Assembly (NCBI RefSeq): GCF_009914755.1
Contig: NC_060941.1
Reading direction: 5' to 3' (one strand)
DNA: 64,000 nt
Origin: the human T2T-CHM13v2.0 reference genome, Homo sapiens
The notes under the pieces were generated by a model. It did no database searches, was not told where the DNA came from, and saw nothing but the letters and a program-made list of their open reading frames with translations. Position numbers and translations under genes: made by a program. Positions within the stretch are counted from its first letter, which is position 1; every line of letters starts with the position of its first letter. Positions 57,548-64,000 of the stretch are shown here, in pieces.

Positions 57548-60376
57548 TTTTTTAGTTATTTTTAAATGCATAGTTAAATTATCATTCACTACAGTTAGCC
57601 TGTTGTGCTGTCAAATACTAGTTCTTACTCATTCTAACAATTTTTTGAATGTATTAAGCATTCCCACTTCCCCCTCAACCCACTACTACCCTTGCCCCTG
57701 GTAACCATCCTTTTACTCTCTATCTCCATATGTTCAAGTGTTTTAATTTTTAGATCTGACAAAGAAGTGAGAACATGCCATGTTTATCTTTGTCCGCCTG
57801 GTTTATTTCAGTTAACTTAATGATCTCCAGTTCAATCTATGTTGCTGCAAATGACAGGATCTCGTTTTTTTTTATGGCTGAATAGTACACCATTGAGTTT
57901 ATGTACCATATTTTCTTTATCCATTCATCTGTTGATGGACACTTAAGTTGCTTCCAAATCTTGGCTGTTGTGAACAGTACTGCAACAAACATGAGAGTGC
58001 AGATATATCTTCAATATCCTGATTTCCTTTCTTTTTGATATATACCTGGCAGTGGAATTGCTGGATCATATGGTAATGCTAATTTTAGTTTTTGGAGGAA
58101 CCACCAAAGTGTTCTCCACAATGGTTGTACTAATTTACATTACCACCAACAGGGTAGAAGTTTTCCCTTTTTCACACGTTTTTGCCAGCATTTGTTATTG
58201 CCTGCCTTTTAGATAAAAGCCACTTTAACTGGAGTGCGATGCCATCTCATTGTAGTTTTGATTGGCATTTCTCTGATGATAAGTGATGTCGAGTACCTTT
58301 TCATATATCTATTTGCCATTTGCATTAATAGATCTTCTTTTGAGAAATGTCTATTCTGATCTTTTGCCCATTTTTAATTGGAGTATTAGATTTTTTAATT
58401 TTACTATAGAATTGTTTGAGCCCCTTGTACATTCTGGTTATTAATCTCTTTTCAGATGGGTAGTTTGCAAATATGTTCTCCCATTCTTTGGGTTGTCTCT
58501 TCCCCTTGTTGATTGTTTTCTTTGCTATGAAGAAGCTTTTTAACTTGATGTGATACTACTTGTCTATTTTTGCTTTGATTATCTGTACTTGTGAAGTATT
58601 ACTCAAGAAATCTTTGCACACTGCAATGTCCTAGAGAGTTTCTCCAATTTTTTCTTTTAGTAGTTTAATAGTTCGAGGTTTTAGGTTGCTTCTATACCCA
58701 GTTTTTTGAAAGTTTTTATTCATGAAGGGATGCTGAATTTTATTAAATGCTCTTTCAGCATTAATTAAAATGATCATATGGTTTTTGCCCTCCATTCTGT
58801 TGATATAATGTATCACATTGATTGATTTGCAAATGTTGAACCATCCTTACATCTTTGGAATAAATCCCACTTGGTCATGATGAATTATCTTTTTAATGTT
58901 TTTAATGTGTTGTTGAATTCAGTTTGCTAGTCTTTCATTGAGGATTTGTGCATCAATATTCATCAGGGATATCAACCTGAAGTTTTCTTTTGTTTGGTAG
59001 GTCTTTGTCTGGTTTTGTTATCAGGACAATACTGGCCTTGTAGAGTGAGTTTGGAAGTATTCCTTCCTCCTCTATTTTTCGGGATAGTTTGAGGAGAATT
59101 AGTACTAGTTCTTCAAATGTTTGGTAGAACTTAGCAGGGAAGCCCTTGGATTCCAGACTTTTCTTTGCTGGGCAACTTTTTATTACAGCTTTGTTATCAC
59201 TACTTGTTATCGGTGTGTTCTGGTTTTGGATTTCTTCATGGTTCAATCTTGATAGATTGTATATTTCTAGGAATTTATCCATTTCTTCTAGATTTTCCAA
59301 TTTATTGGCATATAGTTATTTATAGTAGCCAATAATGATCCTTTGTATTTCTGCAGTATCAGTAGTAATGTCTCCTTTTTCATCGCTGACTTTATTTATC
59401 TATGCCTTTTCTCTTTTATTCTTAATTAGTCTGGTTAATGGTTTGTCAATTTTGTTAATCTCTTTCCAAAAAATAGAACAACTTTTCCTATTATTGATCT
59501 TTTGTATTCTTTGTTTCAATTTCATTTATTTCTGCCCTGATTTTTATTATTTCTTTTCTTCTACTTATTTTGGGTTTGATTTGTTCTTGCTTTTCTGGTT
59601 CTTTAAGATGCATCATCAGGTTATTGGTTTGAAGTTTTTTGTTTGTTTGTTTGTTTGTTTTGTTTTTATGTGGGCACTTGTAGCTATAAACTTTCCTCTT
59701 TGTATTGCCTTCACTGTATCCCACAGGTTTGGGTATACTGTGCTTCAATTATCATTTGTTTCAAATAATTTTAAAGTTTTATTTTTATTGTCTTCATTAG
59801 CCACTGGTCATTCTGGAGCATACTGTTTAATTTTCATGTTTGTATAGTTTCCAAAATTCCTCTTGCTGTTGATTTCTAGTTTTGCTCTATTGTGGTCAGA
59901 GAAGATGCTTGATATTATTTCACATTTTTTGAATGTTTTAAGACTTGTTTTCTGACCTAACATATGGTGTATCCTTGAGAATGATTCATGTGCTGAGGAA
60001 AGAATGTGTATTCTGCAGCTAGCTGTTGGATGAAATGTTCTGTAAAGACTTGTTAGTTCCATTATATCTATAGTGCAGATTACGTCCAATGTTTCTTTCT
60101 TGATTTTCAGTCTAGATGATATTTCCAATGCTAAGAGTAAGATATTGAAGTCTCCAGCTATTATTTTATTGGAGTCTAACTTTTCTTTAGTTTTAATACT
60201 ATTTGCTTTATATATCTGGTTGCTTCAGTTTGGGGTTCATATATATTTACAATTGCTATATTCTCCTGCTGAACTGACACCTTTGTCATTATATAATAGT
60301 ACTCTTTGTCTCCCTTTTTATAGTTTTGGTCTTGAAATCTATTTTGTCTACTTCATCAATTCTGCTATTAAGACAC

Positions 60377-60559
60377 AGGGAGGGGAACGTCACACACCGG
60401 GGCCTGTCAGGGTGTGGGGGGCTGGGGGAGGGATAATATTAGGAGAAATACCTAATGTAAATGATGAGTTGATGGGTGCGCAACATGGCACATGTATACC
60501 TATGTAACAAATCTGCACGTTGTGCACATGCACCCCAGAATTTAAAGTATAATAAAAAA
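60377..60559 (+). mobile_element. L1PA (PA5-7-like) 3'UTR stub inserted into L1MA ORF1
   Basis: AGGGAGGGGAACGTCACACACCGGGGCCTG...AAAGTATAATAAAAAA; probable TSD AAGACAC/AAGAAAC. Confidence 0.9.
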
Positions 60560-63337
60560 AAGAAACTTCTATGTATTCTTCAGTATGTCGATTGCATTTT
60601 TCAACCACAGAATTTCTGATTGATTCTTTTTAATTATTTTAATCTCCTCGTTGGATTTAGCTGATACAATTCTGAAATGCTTCTCTGTGTTATTTTGAAT
60701 TATTTTGAGTTTCATCGAAACAACTATTTTGAATTCCCTGTCTGAAAGATCATATATTTCTTTTTCTCCAAGATTGGTCTCTGGTGCCTTATTTGGTTCA
60801 TTTGGTGAGGTCATGTTTTCTTGGATGTTACTGAGGCTTGTGGATGTTTGCTGGTGTCTGAGCATTGAATAGTTAAATATTTATTGTAGCCTTTGCAGTC
60901 TGGGCTTGTTTCTACCCATATTCCTTGGGAAAGGTTTCCGGGTATTAGAAGGGACTTGGGCATTGTGATATAAGCCATATCTGCATTAGGGGGCTACCCA
61001 AACCCAGTAACCCTACAGTTCTTGCAGACTAGTAGATGTACCACTTCGGTGGTCTTGGACAAAATACAAATAAATTATCTGTATTAACAGGCAGACAATC
61101 TTGTTCTCTTCCCTCACCTACTCCCAGTCAAACAGAGTTTGTCTCTCTCTGTGCTGAGCCACCTGGAGCTGGGGGAGGGAGAACACAAGCAACCCTGTGG
61201 CCACTTCCACTCGGACATTGCTGGGTCAGACTTGAAGCCAGCACAGAACTGGATATTGCTCAAGTCCTGCTATACTCACTCCCTGGCTACTGCCTATATT
61301 TTCTCAAGGCCCTAGGGCTCTGCAATCAGCAGGTGGGGAAGCCAGACGGACTTGTATCCTTCCCTTCAAGGTAGCTAGTTCCTCCAGGCCCCAGGTGAGT
61401 CCAGAGATGTCGTCTGGGAGCCAGGGACTAGAGTCAAAACTTTAGAAATCTACTTGGTGTTCTATTCTATTATAGCTAAGCTGTCACTCAAAACATGAGA
61501 CAAGTTCCTTCCCACTCTCTTCTCTCTTTTCCACAGGCAGCAAGCCTCTCTCCATGGCCACCACCACAGACCCACCATGGTTACTGCTCGGCTACCTCTA
61601 ATGTACACCTAATGTCCAAGGGCTCATCAGGCAGTTTATGGTGACTGCTGCTAGAACTGGGACACACCCTTCAGGGCAGTAGGCTCCCCCCTGGTCCAAA
61701 GCCAGTCCGGGAATACTATCCAAGAGCCACAGCCTGGAACTAGGAACCCCAAGAGTCCACTTGGTGCTCTACCCTACTGTGGCTGAACTGGTGCCTGAAG
61801 TCATCACACCTCAGAGTCTCACTGAAGGCCCACGGTTTACCATCTGGGTATTCCTGCTTGGTTCTTGAGGCCCAAGGGCTCTTTAGTGAGCAGGTGATAA
61901 ATTCTGCCAGGACTGACTCCTCCTCTTCAAGGCAGGAGCTCAAGGACATGTTGTCCAAGAGCTAGGGCCTCACAGCTCTGCCCTGTGCCCTATCCTACTG
62001 TGGCTGAGATGATATACAAGATGCAAGACAAAGTCTTCTTTTGGAAGAAAGATTTCCCTTTCCTCAAGTAGAAGAAAGGAGACACTTTCATTACTCCAAG
62101 TTGTGCTTCCTGGTGTTGAGGGAGGGGTGGTGCAAGTTCTTGCTTAGCCACCCCAGCTGGTGTTCTATGTCCACTGGCTCTAAGCCCAGCACAGCAGTAG
62201 GAGTGTTAGGAATTGGAGTCCTTGTGGCCTAGACTGCCTTTTAAGTTTATTTAAGGCTCCAGAGCACTTTAGCTCACGGTGGTGAGGCTTGCTGACACGT
62301 AATTTCTGACCTTTGGGATGATCACTGGCTAGGGCTTTTCCAAATGCTCCCTTTTGGTGGGTGGTGGTAAGTTGAGTTCAGTCCAGTTTTGCTTCCCACT
62401 GTGATAGGGCAGTACTGAGTTCAATGCTGGGTCTCAAAATGTTGCATTCTCTCTCCTGCATGTGCACAGATTCCCTGTGCCATGCAGAAACTGCCAGGGG
62501 GTCGGGGAGGGGAAGTGTCAGCAATTCAAGACTGTCTTTCTTACCCTCTTTAGTGCCTTTCAGTGATGCAAAGTTAAAACCAGGTAATGTGATTGCTTAC
62601 CTAATTTTTGGTTCTTATGAAGGTGCTTTCTGTGTGAACATACTTGTTGAACTGGTGTTCCTTTTGGGGGTACAATCAGTGAAGGCATCTATTTGGGCAT
62701 CTTGCTCTACCCCACGTATTTTTGATTTACACAAATACTGGCTGAAAAACTTTACATTGCTAGTCAACTTCTGATTCAAAGTCAATAAATTAATCAGATC
62801 ATGGACATCTCTAATAATCCTCAGACACTCACACACATATGTCTAACTAATAATATTCTTACCCTTTTTGTGATAACACAGCTGCTAACTTTATAGAGAT
62901 GGGTATACTGTGCAAATCGAATGGCCAGACTCAATATTTTCCCGATAGTCTCTTCATTGAAGTTCTTCAGGGACCCCCCCTATTTATAATAAAGTCATAG
63001 CTAACTCGGATATTGACTTACTGATATTCTTATGTCAAAATCCAAACTAAATTGAAGATCTTCACAAACAACTGGAATCTCTATGAACTAAAATGTCTAC
63101 TAATACCAACAGAATTCTAGTGACTAAGCCTATGAAGGTTCAGATAGACCCATCCAGACCTCTACCAAAGCTTTGACAACACCCTCTAAAGCTGCGACAA
63201 AGAAAAGACTAAATCAATAAAAGACACGTTATACCTGTGCCAGCCATTCTAATACTTCTATCCTCCAAGTCAAGAGGAACCCAACAGACAAGAATATATA
63301 TTATTTTGAGAATACTAGTTAACAAAATTTCCCCCAA

Positions 63338-63378
63338 CATATATATATATGTGTGTATATATATGTGTGTGTGTGTAT
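63338..63378. repeat. (TA)n/(TG)n compound microsatellite
   Basis: Visible run. Confidence 0.9.
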
Positions 63379-64000
63379 AACTTTATATAAGTATAAATAA
63401 AATAGTTATTCCCCATGGTATCCACAACAAATCATTTTATATTTAGTGTCATGAGGCTATATAATTTACAGTTCTGGATTTGCGTCCTGCTTTCTTTGTT
63501 GTCCCTTTAGATCAAAAAACTTCCTACCTCTGCCTTTGCCTGACAAGGTCAACAATATAAATAGGCATCTATACTTCAGAATTTAGTAAGTTTCCTTCTT
63601 TTCACAAGTTATTTACCAGGGTTTTAATGACTTTACAGTTCCTTTAGATTCCATTGTATTTCCATACCTGGATGACCTTTGGCCATGTACTAAAGAAGAC
63701 CTGAATTTAAAGATCAAGTTCTATCCACATACCATTTTAGCTCGAAAAGAATATAAATATTTTCTAAAATAAATTGCAATTTTATCAATAAATGTGTATT
63801 AACTAAGACGTAATATATGACAGAAGGTAATACATTGCTTACTTTTGATAGGCTAAAAACCATACAAAACTTTCAGAAGCCAGACACTAGGAGAAAATTT
63901 AAATAATTTCTACTCTCATTAGCTACTGCAGGCAATGAATTCCCAACCTTTCTGAAATTGCCAGACTTCTTTATGACCTAAATGTTCAACAACCAAATTT

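Noticed and set aside
59335-59847. 170-aa hydrophobic ORF as a membrane protein
   Set aside because: Antisense reading of A-rich L1 ORF2.
61280-61930. Recurring CCAAGGGCTC...CAGG...CCTTCA(A/G)GG units as a novel repeat array
   Set aside because: Internal repeats within the old L1MA 5'UTR.
63662-63710. Minus-strand 33-nt exon candidate (VFFSTWPKVIQ)
   Set aside because: Weak acceptor and no recognisable homology; indistinguishable from chance.

Overview
This is AT-rich human non-coding DNA (intergenic or deep intronic). A near-consensus AluYa5, a human-specific subfamily, fixes the species; I cannot place the locus. By my coordinates roughly 55-65% is recognisable transposable-element debris: L1s of many ages (L1ME/MB/MA through L1PA3), nine Alus, L2/MIR relics, ERVL/MaLR LTRs (MLT2A, MST, THE1, MLT1, LTR33/41-like) and DNA transposons (MADE1, full-length Tigger1, Tigger4a, MER44, MER20, MER102, MER96B). 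I find no supportable host protein-coding gene, tRNA, rRNA or CRISPR array. The ORFs I can assign to a protein family are broken L1 ORF1/ORF2, Tigger1 transposase or MaLR-internal fragments; the rest look like Alu, low-complexity or chance read-through. I do not see a credible new biological system. The most interesting signals are structural or regulatory: a ~270-bp dispersed duplication with asymmetric CpG loss, an inverted duplication inside a (TA)n tract, a young and possibly polymorphic AluYa5, a twin-primed L1, a miR-548-type MADE1 hairpin, a microhomology-deleted MST provirus, and candidate regulatory motifs (RFX X-box + CCAAT, YY1/homeobox cluster, DUX4 site in THE1). Subfamily calls come from remembered consensus sequences; boundaries of old elements are approximate.
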